From sequence record OQ708376.1: a stretch of DNA of 64,000 bases. One strand, given 5' to 3'. This document shows, in pieces, positions 29,300-38,722 of the stretch. The notes below the pieces were generated by a model. That model was not told where the DNA came from. It did not search any database and saw only the letters and a list, made by a program, of their open reading frames with translations. The translations under genes were made by a program, and so were the position numbers. How positions within the stretch are numbered: position 1 is the stretch's first letter; the number at the start of each line of letters is the position of its first letter.

Positions 29300-29530
29300 A
29301 TGAAATTATTATATATTTTTATTATTTCTTCTATTGTATTTCTGAGTGGATGTGCTCCTAAAGTTGATGAGATGGATGCTGAAATCATCCGTCAAGGTTT
29401 AACAAAACTAAATCACCAAGGAACACTATACGCATGTCATACTATGCGTCATGGGCAAGATCTTAATCTCATGTGCAGGAAGATTGTGAATCGCAAACGT
29501 CTTAATACTGTTCCGAAGGATGCACAATGA
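29300..29530 (+). CDS. small lipoprotein
   Basis: MKLLYIFIISSIVFLSG-C lipobox. Confidence 0.7.
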   Translation: MKLLYIFIISSIVFLSGCAPKVDEMDAEIIRQGLTKLNHQGTLYACHTMRHGQDLNLMCRKIVNRKRLNTVPKDAQ

Positions 29531-29697
29531 AAGAAGTAATTGACTACAAATGTAAAAATTGTGGCAAAGATAAGGGTAAGCATTCAGTACAAGGGATGGC
29601 TTGCCCGAATCCAGGTCGTGGTAATTTCAGAGGGTTTAGTACTGAAAAGTCTTACGAACCGGATCATACCAAACCTGTAATGGGTTATAAATTATGA
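29527..29697 (+). CDS. small Cys/His protein (56 aa), not in the ORF track
   Basis: MKEVIDYKCKNCGKDKGKH...C; ATGA overlaps at both ends. Confidence 0.6.
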   Translation: MKEVIDYKCKNCGKDKGKHSVQGMACPNPGRGNFRGFSTEKSYEPDHTKPVMGYKL

Positions 29698-30053
29698 GTG
29701 ATTATGTAGCATTTCTTCATCGCTTTGGAGAAGCTAAAGAAAAACATATTATCCGTATGCCATTATATGGTGAAAAAGACTGGTACAAAAGTACTATCAG
29801 TGTAGGTGCATTTCGTGACCGTGAAGCTGGATTCTTTCTGGGTAAGAAACATGAACGAGAGGTACTTTGCTCACTGTGGCGTTTGGATGAATGGGATAGT
29901 GAGAACGTAAGAACTGCTGAATCAATGCTGGCTATTGTTGGTATTGCGAACTATCAGCATCCATATGACCTATTACCTACATTTGAACATGCTTCTTTGT
30001 TTGACTTTTACAAAGCAGTAGGGTATGATTATAAAAAGAAACGTTACATTTAA
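29694..30053 (+). CDS. hypothetical protein
   Basis: ATGA overlap. Confidence 0.7.
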   Translation: MSDYVAFLHRFGEAKEKHIIRMPLYGEKDWYKSTISVGAFRDREAGFFLGKKHEREVLCSLWRLDEWDSENVRTAESMLAIVGIANYQHPYDLLPTFEHASLFDFYKAVGYDYKKKRYI

Positions 30054-30098
30054 TATCAGTACTGTCATAATGGCAGTACTTTTTAATTGGAGATTACT

Positions 30099-30713
30099 AT
30101 GACTACATCGGAAAAGTACTGGTGGATTTTGGCTCATCCTAAATTCATAAACAAAGATATGGTTCCAGCTAGGATTGATATAGAACCTCATGATGTGTGT
30201 CCAATGACAAATCGAATTGAAGATTTCAAAGCATTGAATACAAAGACTCAATTTTGGGTAGAATTTCTTTCACCAATGTATATTGAGCAAGACGACGAAT
30301 GGGTACAAGCACATGATTATCAATTGGATTGTGGTGGTGATACGTATGAAGAGGCGATTGATAAATTATACAAAAATGTGCTAAACACATATGGTGATTA
30401 CACCCAACAAGAAGCAGATAACACATTTAATAAGATCCATGCATTCAAATCTACTCCATCAATTTTTAATCCTACTAAAACTGTTTGGGAGGAACGACAC
30501 AGTTGGAGTTCATGTGTAATCGATGAAGAAACCAAAGAAAAAATCATCGATGATATAAAAAATTTAAAAAATACGATAGAAGCCTTGCGTGAATTCATAA
30601 TGTCTTGTACAATAGAACAACAGAAAGAGGCAAAGATACATTTGGAGAGTGAAGAATGTAAACTTTGGGTTCTAGAGAAATCTATTGAAAAGGGTATAGA
30701 CTTAGACTTATGA
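30099..30713 (+). CDS. hypothetical protein
   Basis: GGAG upstream of in-frame ATG 30099. Confidence 0.75.
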   Translation: MTTSEKYWWILAHPKFINKDMVPARIDIEPHDVCPMTNRIEDFKALNTKTQFWVEFLSPMYIEQDDEWVQAHDYQLDCGGDTYEEAIDKLYKNVLNTYGDYTQQEADNTFNKIHAFKSTPSIFNPTKTVWEERHSWSSCVIDEETKEKIIDDIKNLKNTIEALREFIMSCTIEQQKEAKIHLESEECKLWVLEKSIEKGIDLDL

Positions 30714-31078
30714 ATAGTAAATTGAAGAAACTAATCGAAGAATTACGCCAGATGCCACCTATTGAACAAGTAGGAAATTACAAACGGTATCGTGTTATTG
30801 CTCGTGCACTTGATAAAAAAGGTAGAGTACTGGCAACTCGCACAAATTCTTATACACAGACTCACCCAGTACAGAAGGGTTTCGCCATTCGTGCTGGGCG
30901 ACCGCAAGGTGAGTTTCTTCATGCTGAAATTTCATGTTTACTGGCTGCTCGTACTGATGTTCATACTTTACTGATTGCACGGATAAGTAAAGATGGAATT
31001 CCTGTTCCGGCTAAACCATGTGAAATTTGCTCATTAGCAATAAAAGAATATGGGGTGAAAGAGATTATCCACACATGA
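30710..31078 (+). CDS. CDA-fold zinc deaminase of unknown substrate
   Basis: HAE and PCEIC motifs; N-S-Y/THP pattern; distinct from the dCMP deaminase. Confidence 0.75.
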   Translation: MNSKLKKLIEELRQMPPIEQVGNYKRYRVIARALDKKGRVLATRTNSYTQTHPVQKGFAIRAGRPQGEFLHAEISCLLAARTDVHTLLIARISKDGIPVPAKPCEICSLAIKEYGVKEIIHT

Positions 31079-31296
31079 AAATTGAAAGATATGCTAAGCA
31101 TACTGTTGGGTGTGTAAATGATATATTCTATTATTATATTTTTGCACCTGAACTACGTTTTCAAATCACAACATACAATGATGGCAGATTTAAAGATACA
31201 AACTTCCTCATAACCGACTTAGCAAAGTATGCGAATACAGAACATTTTAATCATTTAGTATTTGTGTACTGTATACCAAACCCAAATAAAAAGTAG
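31075..31296 (+). CDS. hypothetical protein
   Basis: ATGA overlap at 31075. Confidence 0.6.
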   Translation: MKIERYAKHTVGCVNDIFYYYIFAPELRFQITTYNDGRFKDTNFLITDLAKYANTEHFNHLVFVYCIPNPNKK

Positions 31297-31306
31297 GAGA
31301 TTAAAA

Positions 31307-31666
31307 ATGGCTAAAACAATTTCTTTAAAAAATGAAAATGTAGGACAACGCAAAGATGGTTTCTTTGGTTTTTCTTGGACAACATTATTCTTTGGACCGT
31401 TCCCTGCATTGTTTCGTGGTGACTTTATTACGTTCATCGGTGCATTTGTAATTTACTTCATCCTCAACGCAGTGTCATTTTGGATTGTGGGTACAATTGC
31501 AATGGTTGTATGGGCATTTCTTTATAATAAGTACTACACCGTGAATCTCATCAAGAATGGGTATAAATTCAATGGCACACATGAAGAAAATGCTGAAGCT
31601 GCAATGGCTTTGCAAATTGATTTGAATAAAAACAACACAGTTGATAAAAATAAAGATCCTGAATAA
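31307..31666 (+). CDS. membrane protein (GFSWTTLFFG family)
   Basis: GFSWTTLFFGPFPALFRGD, hydrophobic helices, YNK.Y...L; AGGAG upstream of ATG 31307. Confidence 0.75.
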   Translation: MAKTISLKNENVGQRKDGFFGFSWTTLFFGPFPALFRGDFITFIGAFVIYFILNAVSFWIVGTIAMVVWAFLYNKYYTVNLIKNGYKFNGTHEENAEAAMALQIDLNKNNTVDKNKDPE

Positions 31667-31885
31667 ATGGAAAAATACGATATAATTTACGATTATTATG
31701 GTAAGGCTTATATGAAGTGTGGGCGTTATGTTGAACTCTCTAATAGAGAATCAATAGATCCCCACACTCTTATAACAATTCATAATTCGTACTATAAAAA
31801 AGTTACAATAGCTAATTTTGCAACATACGTAAATAATCCTTTATTTCCTTACATTATTCAGTACTACTGTAGAGTTATCAAATAA
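31667..31885 (+). CDS. hypothetical protein
   Basis: Abuts the previous stop. Confidence 0.6.
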   Translation: MEKYDIIYDYYGKAYMKCGRYVELSNRESIDPHTLITIHNSYYKKVTIANFATYVNNPLFPYIIQYYCRVIK

Positions 31886-31897
31886 GGTAAAAAAGAA

Positions 31898-32308
31898 ATG
31901 TTAGCTGATGAATTTATGTCACTAAGTATCAAGATATTTGATATACTAGGTGATGAAACAGATTTCAATCTAAGCGACAAAGATATTCCATTGGAAGATG
32001 GTGGATACTTTTTTGCGATTGGAACTACGTATAATCTGGATCTTTCAAAGCCTATCAGTGATGATAGTGATTATAATGCAACAACATATTTTGATTTCCA
32101 GCTTGATGGACATAAAGAGCGTTTACTAACGTACAGACGTAAAGGTAGTTTCAATAGAACCGAGATTACAATAATGGATTTTGAAAAACGCATTGAACTA
32201 GCTAAGAAACATCCATTCATCAGTACTCATACATTTAATAGCCTAATCGATCTATTAGATAATTATCCATATACAATCCGAGGGTCGTTACGTTTAAATG
32301 CAGAATGA
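31898..32308 (+). CDS. hypothetical protein
   Basis: Packed + strand ORF. Confidence 0.7.
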   Translation: MLADEFMSLSIKIFDILGDETDFNLSDKDIPLEDGGYFFAIGTTYNLDLSKPISDDSDYNATTYFDFQLDGHKERLLTYRRKGSFNRTEITIMDFEKRIELAKKHPFISTHTFNSLIDLLDNYPYTIRGSLRLNAE

Positions 32309-32483
32309 AATCTTCAAAAAAGAATACGATGGTGAAAGTCTCTATGATATTCAAAGAGACGTACATGAAGCATTCGATTCAAGATTTAACCCATTAGCTG
32401 AACAAATCCCACAAGATGAGTTTGGTTTTCAGGAAGGCACTTTCACAGTGACTATTACATGGAGTCCAGATGAGACTAGCTAA
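32298..32483 (+). CDS. small acidic hypothetical protein
   Basis: Overlaps neighbours. Confidence 0.65.
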   Translation: MQNEIFKKEYDGESLYDIQRDVHEAFDSRFNPLAEQIPQDEFGFQEGTFTVTITWSPDETS

Positions 32484-32586
32484 ACTTGTCATAGGTTGTA
32501 GTGCACTTGCTGCATATATGCTTTTTTCCGCACCAACCAATGTATTACTGTTAATTTGGGCAGTTGTTATATTAGCAGTACTTTAA
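32470..32586 (+). CDS. very hydrophobic micro-protein (38 aa), not in the ORF track
   Basis: MRLAKLVIGCSALAAYMLFSAPTNVLLLIWAVVILAVL; GGAG upstream. Confidence 0.5.
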   Translation: MRLAKLVIGCSALAAYMLFSAPTNVLLLIWAVVILAVL

Positions 32587-32607
32587 AGCACCCTAGTGGT
32601 GCTTTTT
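32585..32607 (+). terminator. intrinsic terminator upstream of the nrdD promoter
   Basis: AAGCACC-ctagt-GGTGCTT-TTT. Confidence 0.75.
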
Positions 32608-32642
32608 CTATTTGTGCAAATAAAAACCAATGTGACTTTTCC

Positions 32643-32684
32643 TTGATATAGGTCAAGAGAAATAACCTGTTCTGACGCTATAAT
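32643..32684 (+). promoter_or_regulatory. putative class II FNR-dependent promoter for nrdD
   Basis: TTGAT-ATAG-GTCAA (32643-32656, 1 mismatch to TTGAT-N4-ATCAA) centred at -41.5 from the predicted +1; TATAAT 32679-32684; no -35. Confidence 0.75.
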
Positions 32685-32745
32685 GTTGTCTGGTGATATT
32701 AAATATCTTCACCCCCAGATGATTTCAAAATACAAGGAATGTACA

Positions 32746-34551
32746 ATGCAATTAGATAAATTATATACTGACGTAACGAATTTCCTCAATCAGAGCAATA
32801 CTGATCTTACCAACGAAAATGCGAACAAAGATGCGAAATGCGTCAATACACACAGGGATTTACTTGCAGGTATCCTATCTAAGCATTATTCACAAGATGT
32901 TATTCCAAATGAGCTAATGCAGTGGCATAATGATGGTTATGGTCATATTCATGATTTAGACTACTATATCAGCCCATTAACCAACTGTTGCTTAGTTAAC
33001 TACCCAGATATGCTAAAAAATGGATTTACCATTGGTTGTGCCAAAATTGAAGAACCAAAGAGTTTTAGTGTAGCATGTACAGTACTGACACAGATTGTAC
33101 AAGCTGTAGCTAGTTCCCAATACGGCGGTCAATCGTTGGCTCACATTGATGTCGGTTTAGAACCTTACGTTCAAAAGTCATGGGATAAGCTGTTAGAAAA
33201 ACAAAAGAAATATAATCTAAGTGATGAGTTCATTGAAGAAGAATTACGAAAAGAAGTATACGATGGATGTCAAACATTACTTTACCAGACTAATTCAATG
33301 ATTAGCACTAATGGACAAGCTGCATTCATTTCTCTTAGTTTAGGGCTTAATACTTCTAAATTTGGTAAATTAATCACTGAACAGTACTTAAAAGTTCATG
33401 AGAATGGTTTAGGTAAAGATAAGATTACTCCAGTGTTTCCTAAAGTTATTTTCTTTCTACAAGATGGTATAAACATGAATGCAAATGATAGTAATTATGA
33501 CCTTAAACATTTAGCTATGCGTTGTGCATCAAAACGAATCTACCCAGACTTTGTTTCAGTACCATTAAATCACAAAGTGACTGGAAGTAGTAGTACTGCT
33601 GTAACACCGATGGGCTGTCGTTCATTCTTAGGAAAATGGGAAGATTCAAATGGAAATGAACAATACAACGGTCGTTTCAATTTAGGTGTGGTTTCTATCA
33701 ATTTACCTCTAATTGCTCTTGAGAGTACTTCTGACGGAGAGTTTTTTGATAAGATAGACGAGCATATGAATATTGCATATCGTGCTCAGATGAACCGTGT
33801 GGAGCGTTTAAAAGGCACTAAAGCGAAGCAGAATCCAATTTTGTTCATGGAAGGTGCATTATCACGTTTAGGTGCAGAAGAAACCATTGACAAGCTATTT
33901 TACAATGGTTATGCTAGTATTAGTATTGGTTATGTTGGTCTTGTTGAATGTTCAGAAATCCTCACTGGTTCTATCAGTAAGGAGTTTTGTATGTCAGTAC
34001 TGAATTATATGAAAGTAAAATGTGATGAGTTCAAAAAAGAAAGTAATATTGCTTTTAGTCTATATGGAACTCCAGCAGAGTCGCTTTGTTATAAATTTGC
34101 ACGTTGCATTGAAGCAAAATATCCTTCAGTACTAAAACGTGATTACATCACAAATTCCTTCCATCAACCAGTATGGGTAGAAAGTTCTCCATTTGATAAA
34201 TGGAGTTATGAAGAAGGGTTTGCTTACCTAAGTAACGGTGGAAATATCAGTTATGTTGAATCTCCAAACTTAGCAAACAACATTCAAGCACTTGAAACAT
34301 TAGTTAACTATGCGTACACTAAGATACCATATTTTGGTATTAACCAACCAGTTGACCATTGTTATGAATGTGGCTTCCAGGGTGAGTTCAGTGTAGATAA
34401 ACATGGTTTCCACTGTCCTGTATGTGATAATCGTAATGAGAAGACAATCTCAGTGATTCGTCGTGTTTCTGGGTACTTGGGTAATCCTTCTTCGCGTGGC
34501 TTCAATAAAGGCAAGCAACAAGAGTGTTGTGAGCGTATTCAGCACAAATAA
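32746..34551 (+). CDS. nrdD: anaerobic (class III) ribonucleotide reductase large subunit, no ATP cone
   Basis: NENANKD, HIHDLD, NCCL, QYGGQ, PMGCRS, TPAES, zinc-site CYEC/CPVC, glycyl-radical RRVSGYLG; AAGGA upstream of ATG 32746. Confidence 0.97.
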   Translation: MQLDKLYTDVTNFLNQSNTDLTNENANKDAKCVNTHRDLLAGILSKHYSQDVIPNELMQWHNDGYGHIHDLDYYISPLTNCCLVNYPDMLKNGFTIGCAKIEEPKSFSVACTVLTQIVQAVASSQYGGQSLAHIDVGLEPYVQKSWDKLLEKQKKYNLSDEFIEEELRKEVYDGCQTLLYQTNSMISTNGQAAFISLSLGLNTSKFGKLITEQYLKVHENGLGKDKITPVFPKVIFFLQDGINMNANDSNYDLKHLAMRCASKRIYPDFVSVPLNHKVTGSSSTAVTPMGCRSFLGKWEDSNGNEQYNGRFNLGVVSINLPLIALESTSDGEFFDKIDEHMNIAYRAQMNRVERLKGTKAKQNPILFMEGALSRLGAEETIDKLFYNGYASISIGYVGLVECSEILTGSISKEFCMSVLNYMKVKCDEFKKESNIAFSLYGTPAESLCYKFARCIEAKYPSVLKRDYITNSFHQPVWVESSPFDKWSYEEGFAYLSNGGNISYVESPNLANNIQALETLVNYAYTKIPYFGINQPVDHCYECGFQGEFSVDKHGFHCPVCDNRNEKTISVIRRVSGYLGNPSSRGFNKGKQQECCERIQHK

Positions 34552-34559
34552 GGTAAATT

Positions 34560-34892
34560 ATGGATTTAAAGCCAATTGTGGTTAACAAATACAAAGAACC
34601 GTATGATGTGTATATTGGACGTGGGTCTAAATGGGGAAACCCATTTACCCATATTAAAGATAAACAAACCAAAGCCGAGTTCATTGTTAGTACAAGAGAA
34701 GAATCAATTGAAAAATTCAGAGAATACATTATTGAACGTATTTCTTGTGGAGAAGTTAAGATTGATGAATTACTTGAACTCGCAGGGAAACGCCTTGGTT
34801 GTTTCTGTAAACCAAAATCATGTCACGGCGATGTTCTTGTCGAAATAGTGAGTGCAATATTAGATGAATTACCAGACGATAATCAAGGATGA
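34560..34892 (+). CDS. DUF4326-like protein
   Basis: DVYIGRGSKWGNPF, L.GKRLGCFCKP..CHGDVL. Confidence 0.8.
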   Translation: MDLKPIVVNKYKEPYDVYIGRGSKWGNPFTHIKDKQTKAEFIVSTREESIEKFREYIIERISCGEVKIDELLELAGKRLGCFCKPKSCHGDVLVEIVSAILDELPDDNQG

Positions 34893-35334
34893 TTTAGTAA
34901 ATGGAGAGGGCGTTCGCTGCTCTTTATTTGTTAGTGGGTGTTCGCACGGATGTGATGGTTGCTTCAATGAAGAAGCATGGGACTACCGAAGTGGACAAGA
35001 GTTCAGTACTGAAACAGTTGAGATTATACTACAGGAACTAAAAAAACCATATGTTAGTGGTTTGTCACTTCTAGGCGGCGATCCATTAATGAAAAAGAAT
35101 ATAGATGAAGTTTTAAATCTATGCAAAGTAGTTAAAGAAACTTATCCTAGTAAAACTATTTGGTGCTGGAGTGGGTATACTTTAGATGAGATTATGAAAA
35201 ATCATGCTAAAGATATACTTCAGTACTTAGATGTATTAGTTGATGGTAAATTTATTGAGTCCGAAAAGAATTTAAAATTACCTTTCCGTGGTTCAAATAA
35301 TCAAAGAATACTATATAAAAATAAAGATTTTTAG
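34864..35334 (+). CDS. nrdG: anaerobic RNR activase (radical SAM)
   Basis: NGEGVRCSLFVSGCSHGCDGCFN, LLGGDP, RGSNNQR. Confidence 0.96.
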   Translation: MNYQTIIKDDLVNGEGVRCSLFVSGCSHGCDGCFNEEAWDYRSGQEFSTETVEIILQELKKPYVSGLSLLGGDPLMKKNIDEVLNLCKVVKETYPSKTIWCWSGYTLDEIMKNHAKDILQYLDVLVDGKFIESEKNLKLPFRGSNNQRILYKNKDF

Positions 35335-35337
35335 CAT

Positions 35338-35361
35338 AAGCACCCGTTGGGTGCTTTTTTA
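35338..35361 (+). terminator. intrinsic terminator after nrdG
   Basis: AAGCACCC-gtt-GGGTGCTT-TTTT. Confidence 0.8.
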
Positions 35362-35368
35362 TTATGTA

Positions 35369-35376
35369 TATAAATA
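35369..35376 (+). promoter_or_regulatory. T4-type late promoter
   Basis: TATAAATA directly after a terminator and upstream of virion genes. Confidence 0.65.
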
Positions 35377-35410
35377 CATTAACTAATATCTAATTTATAA
35401 GGGATATATA

Positions 35411-38107
35411 ATGTCAAAGAAAATATATGGTGGCTTAGATGTCACACATAATGTGACAGTTAATGGTAAAAGAACAATTCAAGGAATAAATGAACAAGTT
35501 TTTGATTCCAACGGTAACTTGGAATTAGATACTTATTCCAGAGATGAAGTACTAGATATAGTAAGTATGATGCCAATCTCCCATTATGGTTCACAAAACT
35601 ATCTACCTGCGGGTGTATCTGGGGATTTCAATGGTGCATCAGAAAACCAGTCACAACGTAGAAATAAAATTTTATTAGAAAACGATGGTACACTAGTACT
35701 TTTACGTAGTGGGACAAACGGTAGTGTTGAGGGATTATTTTATTCATATTTGGCTAACGCATTATCAGTTGATGACATGAGCCGTACAATTAACACTAGT
35801 CGTCAATACAAGCCTGGGTTTTTTGGTTCAAATAGAGTTGCGATTGGTTTATACAATACTGATCCAAATATTTTACTCGGTAGATATATTGATACTTCTA
35901 ACAGTACTAATGGTTTGTTCATATCAATTACCAATGGTACATTAGATGATAAATTGCATACTGGTTTTTTCGTTAACCAAGCAGATATATCACCTGAAGG
36001 TGGTATTGAATATGCTATGATGGCAGAAGATGGTTCTATATATGTTTTTAACGTACTTAATGAAAATAACCAACTACAATTAGTTGTTGTTAAAGTTGTT
36101 TATAATATAAGCAATGGTACTTATACTGCAACTCGAATTACTGGATGGACTACAAAAACATTCTATAATACAACTTATTCTGCACAGAATAACATGGTTA
36201 TTACTAATCAAGTAACTTCAACTAATATAGCAGATAAGCCTTATGTGTATGTACCACAAAACCTACGTGGTATTGGGATTTATATGACATCCATTGATTT
36301 GTATGTTGCACAGCAACCAGGAACACAGAACTTTCGTTTTAGAATGAATGGTGATGCATGGTTTACAATGGCGACATATAATGTCCGACCACAACATAGC
36401 TACAGCTTTGCATTTAATATGAGTACTAAACAATGCACCCTAGACGCTGGGAATGACATAGGTTCATATCAAGCACCATTGGTTATAACCAATACTGGCT
36501 CTGCATTAGTGCCTACAGGTAACGTTTTAAATAATGATCCATTATATAATCATGCTGGTGCAAGAAACATTTATAGTTCATATTTTTATTTGAATTCTGG
36601 TGAAGCTTTTTGTACTGCATGTCCAAACTTAGCAGAACCATTACTTATGCAAAAAGCTAAGTTTCCTATTCAAATAGTTTATAGTATGCTGAATGTCCGT
36701 GCTGTACTTTCTACTGACTTCAAAGGTGGTATAGTTCGCCCGTCTTTTGGTTCAGCGGTTGGTTCATTTATTAATGGTGTAGAATTACTACCAGATAACA
36801 GTACTAAACAATATTCACGTGCATCAGGTAGTGGTGGATTTAGACCATCATATGCAGTTCATAAAAGTACTCCTAATTTTACATTTAAATCATTATCTTT
36901 AGGAACAATACAAGGTTATGAACCTACAGTTGAACGTGCTAATGTTGATGATAATGCAAATAATAGAATTTTTATTAGTAGTATTTCTGGGTCAACTGTC
37001 ACAACCAATGGTGGTATTTTTATGGTTGGGCAACGTTATTCACAATCATTATCCTATGATAAAAACTTAAATGGCACAGGAATTATAAGCGTTACACAAT
37101 CAGTACTGGACAATTTTAGAAATACTGAATATGCCAAAGTTCTAAGTGATTGGAATTTATCAGCACAAGCATACCGTGATATGACACTATTTGTTCCACA
37201 ACAAACAGACATTCCAGCTTTTGTTATGTTGAGTACAATTACTAATGATTATAGAAACTATATTAGAATTGCTGAAGTTAATGTCAATACTAGAGTTGGT
37301 AATATTACATCTATTACATTTAAGCGTTTAGTACTTGAGAATACGTATGGTGATAACTTTACACCAACTGGGAATGGTTCGATTGCATCTTCTTCTGTTG
37401 GTTTGACAATATATGATGGTGGTTCATTCTACTTCATTGGTGGTTCTGACCCATTATCACATCCAACAATAGGTAATACTGCAACTCATCAATTTAGAGC
37501 ATATGTAACTAAATCAACTGCACAATTTACAAGTTTTATAATTACTGGTTCTCATGCCAGTTATGAACAAGGAAGTCAACCAGCAGCGTTACCTGGTATT
37601 GGTTTTGGAATTTTTGAACCAATGGATTACTCAAATAAAATGACATTCAAAAAATATGGAACAACGATTGCAGACTATAATAACTGGACTGCACAAGGTA
37701 GCCCAATTAACGTAGTATCCCAGGACGTTGCTCAAGGGTTTATTGTATATTTTACAGAGGAAACACCAGTTATTCTTTCAGGTAAGTCATTTTCACTACC
37801 AGTTTCAAATATTGATTTGAGAACTATTAAGTCTAATCCAGCAAATACAACATTTTATGTATATGTTAAATTGGAACAAGGATTGGCAAACTATTACATA
37901 ACTACTGATGTTATTTCTGAAACAGGAACAACTGCATATAATATTTTTTGGATAGGTACAATTCAAACTAATGCAATTCAAATCGAAACAATTAATATAC
38001 AAAAACGTTCCCGTTTAGATATATTTGGTGCTTCACTTGAATCAGCAGGTTCATCGTTCCCAGTTAGCTACGGTCTACCATCACAAACAGGAACCATAAA
38101 CTGGTAA
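35411..38107 (+). CDS. putative tail/virion protein, paralogue 1
   Basis: 898 aa, S/T/N/G-rich; shares N- and C-terminal blocks with the next two genes; late promoter upstream. Confidence 0.7.
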   Translation: MSKKIYGGLDVTHNVTVNGKRTIQGINEQVFDSNGNLELDTYSRDEVLDIVSMMPISHYGSQNYLPAGVSGDFNGASENQSQRRNKILLENDGTLVLLRSGTNGSVEGLFYSYLANALSVDDMSRTINTSRQYKPGFFGSNRVAIGLYNTDPNILLGRYIDTSNSTNGLFISITNGTLDDKLHTGFFVNQADISPEGGIEYAMMAEDGSIYVFNVLNENNQLQLVVVKVVYNISNGTYTATRITGWTTKTFYNTTYSAQNNMVITNQVTSTNIADKPYVYVPQNLRGIGIYMTSIDLYVAQQPGTQNFRFRMNGDAWFTMATYNVRPQHSYSFAFNMSTKQCTLDAGNDIGSYQAPLVITNTGSALVPTGNVLNNDPLYNHAGARNIYSSYFYLNSGEAFCTACPNLAEPLLMQKAKFPIQIVYSMLNVRAVLSTDFKGGIVRPSFGSAVGSFINGVELLPDNSTKQYSRASGSGGFRPSYAVHKSTPNFTFKSLSLGTIQGYEPTVERANVDDNANNRIFISSISGSTVTTNGGIFMVGQRYSQSLSYDKNLNGTGIISVTQSVLDNFRNTEYAKVLSDWNLSAQAYRDMTLFVPQQTDIPAFVMLSTITNDYRNYIRIAEVNVNTRVGNITSITFKRLVLENTYGDNFTPTGNGSIASSSVGLTIYDGGSFYFIGGSDPLSHPTIGNTATHQFRAYVTKSTAQFTSFIITGSHASYEQGSQPAALPGIGFGIFEPMDYSNKMTFKKYGTTIADYNNWTAQGSPINVVSQDVAQGFIVYFTEETPVILSGKSFSLPVSNIDLRTIKSNPANTTFYVYVKLEQGLANYYITTDVISETGTTAYNIFWIGTIQTNAIQIETINIQKRSRLDIFGASLESAGSSFPVSYGLPSQTGTINW

Positions 38108-38118
38108 AGGATTACATA

Positions 38119-38706
38119 ATGGCATATAAAATAAGAGCAGACCTTAAGGCAATGCAACAAGTTACAGTTCAGGGTAAAAGTACTGGTCTTGGTGTATTAG
38201 GTAATAATATGACTTATTACCCAACAAATTCAAATGGGGAATGTACATTCCCCTCTATTACCAAAGATGAAGTTAACTTTATTGTCAATGGATTACCACT
38301 TACACAATACGGAGAATTGTATGATGACGCTAGTCTAAATATTACTTCATCAGGCTATAGTCTTACATTTAATAGACAGATACCATCATTTATTGGTGGT
38401 TATCTTTATAAATTTCCAGCAGTTTCTATTTTTGCTTCAACTGTTTCATCTGGAACACAAACACAATACGTATATGCAACGTTAGTTCTCGGTGAACCAA
38501 TTTATAAAATATCACCAACACAAATACAAGAATCTGAAATTATAATGTTTATTGGAACACTGACCGTTGGTACAAGTGGTATTACAAATATAAACATTAA
38601 TAAAGTATCCAGATTTAGTACATATAGACCTAGTGTTACACAAAAAGGTTCTTCATTCCCAGTCAGTACTGGAAAACCATCAGAAACTGGTACAATTGGT
38701 TGGTAA
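38119..38706 (+). CDS. putative tail/virion protein, minimal paralogue 2
   Basis: 195 aa; only the shared N- and C-terminal blocks. Confidence 0.7.
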   Translation: MAYKIRADLKAMQQVTVQGKSTGLGVLGNNMTYYPTNSNGECTFPSITKDEVNFIVNGLPLTQYGELYDDASLNITSSGYSLTFNRQIPSFIGGYLYKFPAVSIFASTVSSGTQTQYVYATLVLGEPIYKISPTQIQESEIIMFIGTLTVGTSGITNININKVSRFSTYRPSVTQKGSSFPVSTGKPSETGTIGW

Positions 38707-38722
38707 ATTAAGGAAAAGAAAG

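Noticed and set aside
32630-32646. CRP site (TGTGA half-site) upstream of nrdD
   Set aside because: The second half-site (CTTGA vs TCACA) is poor; the overlapping FNR match is much better.
32675-32692. NrdR box over the nrdD -10
   Set aside because: ACGCTATAATGTTGTC needs a gap to fit the consensus as I recall it; not supportable without a matrix scan.
32746-34551. Intron or intein in nrdD
   Set aside because: The frame is continuous and the length is normal for an ATP-cone-less NrdD.
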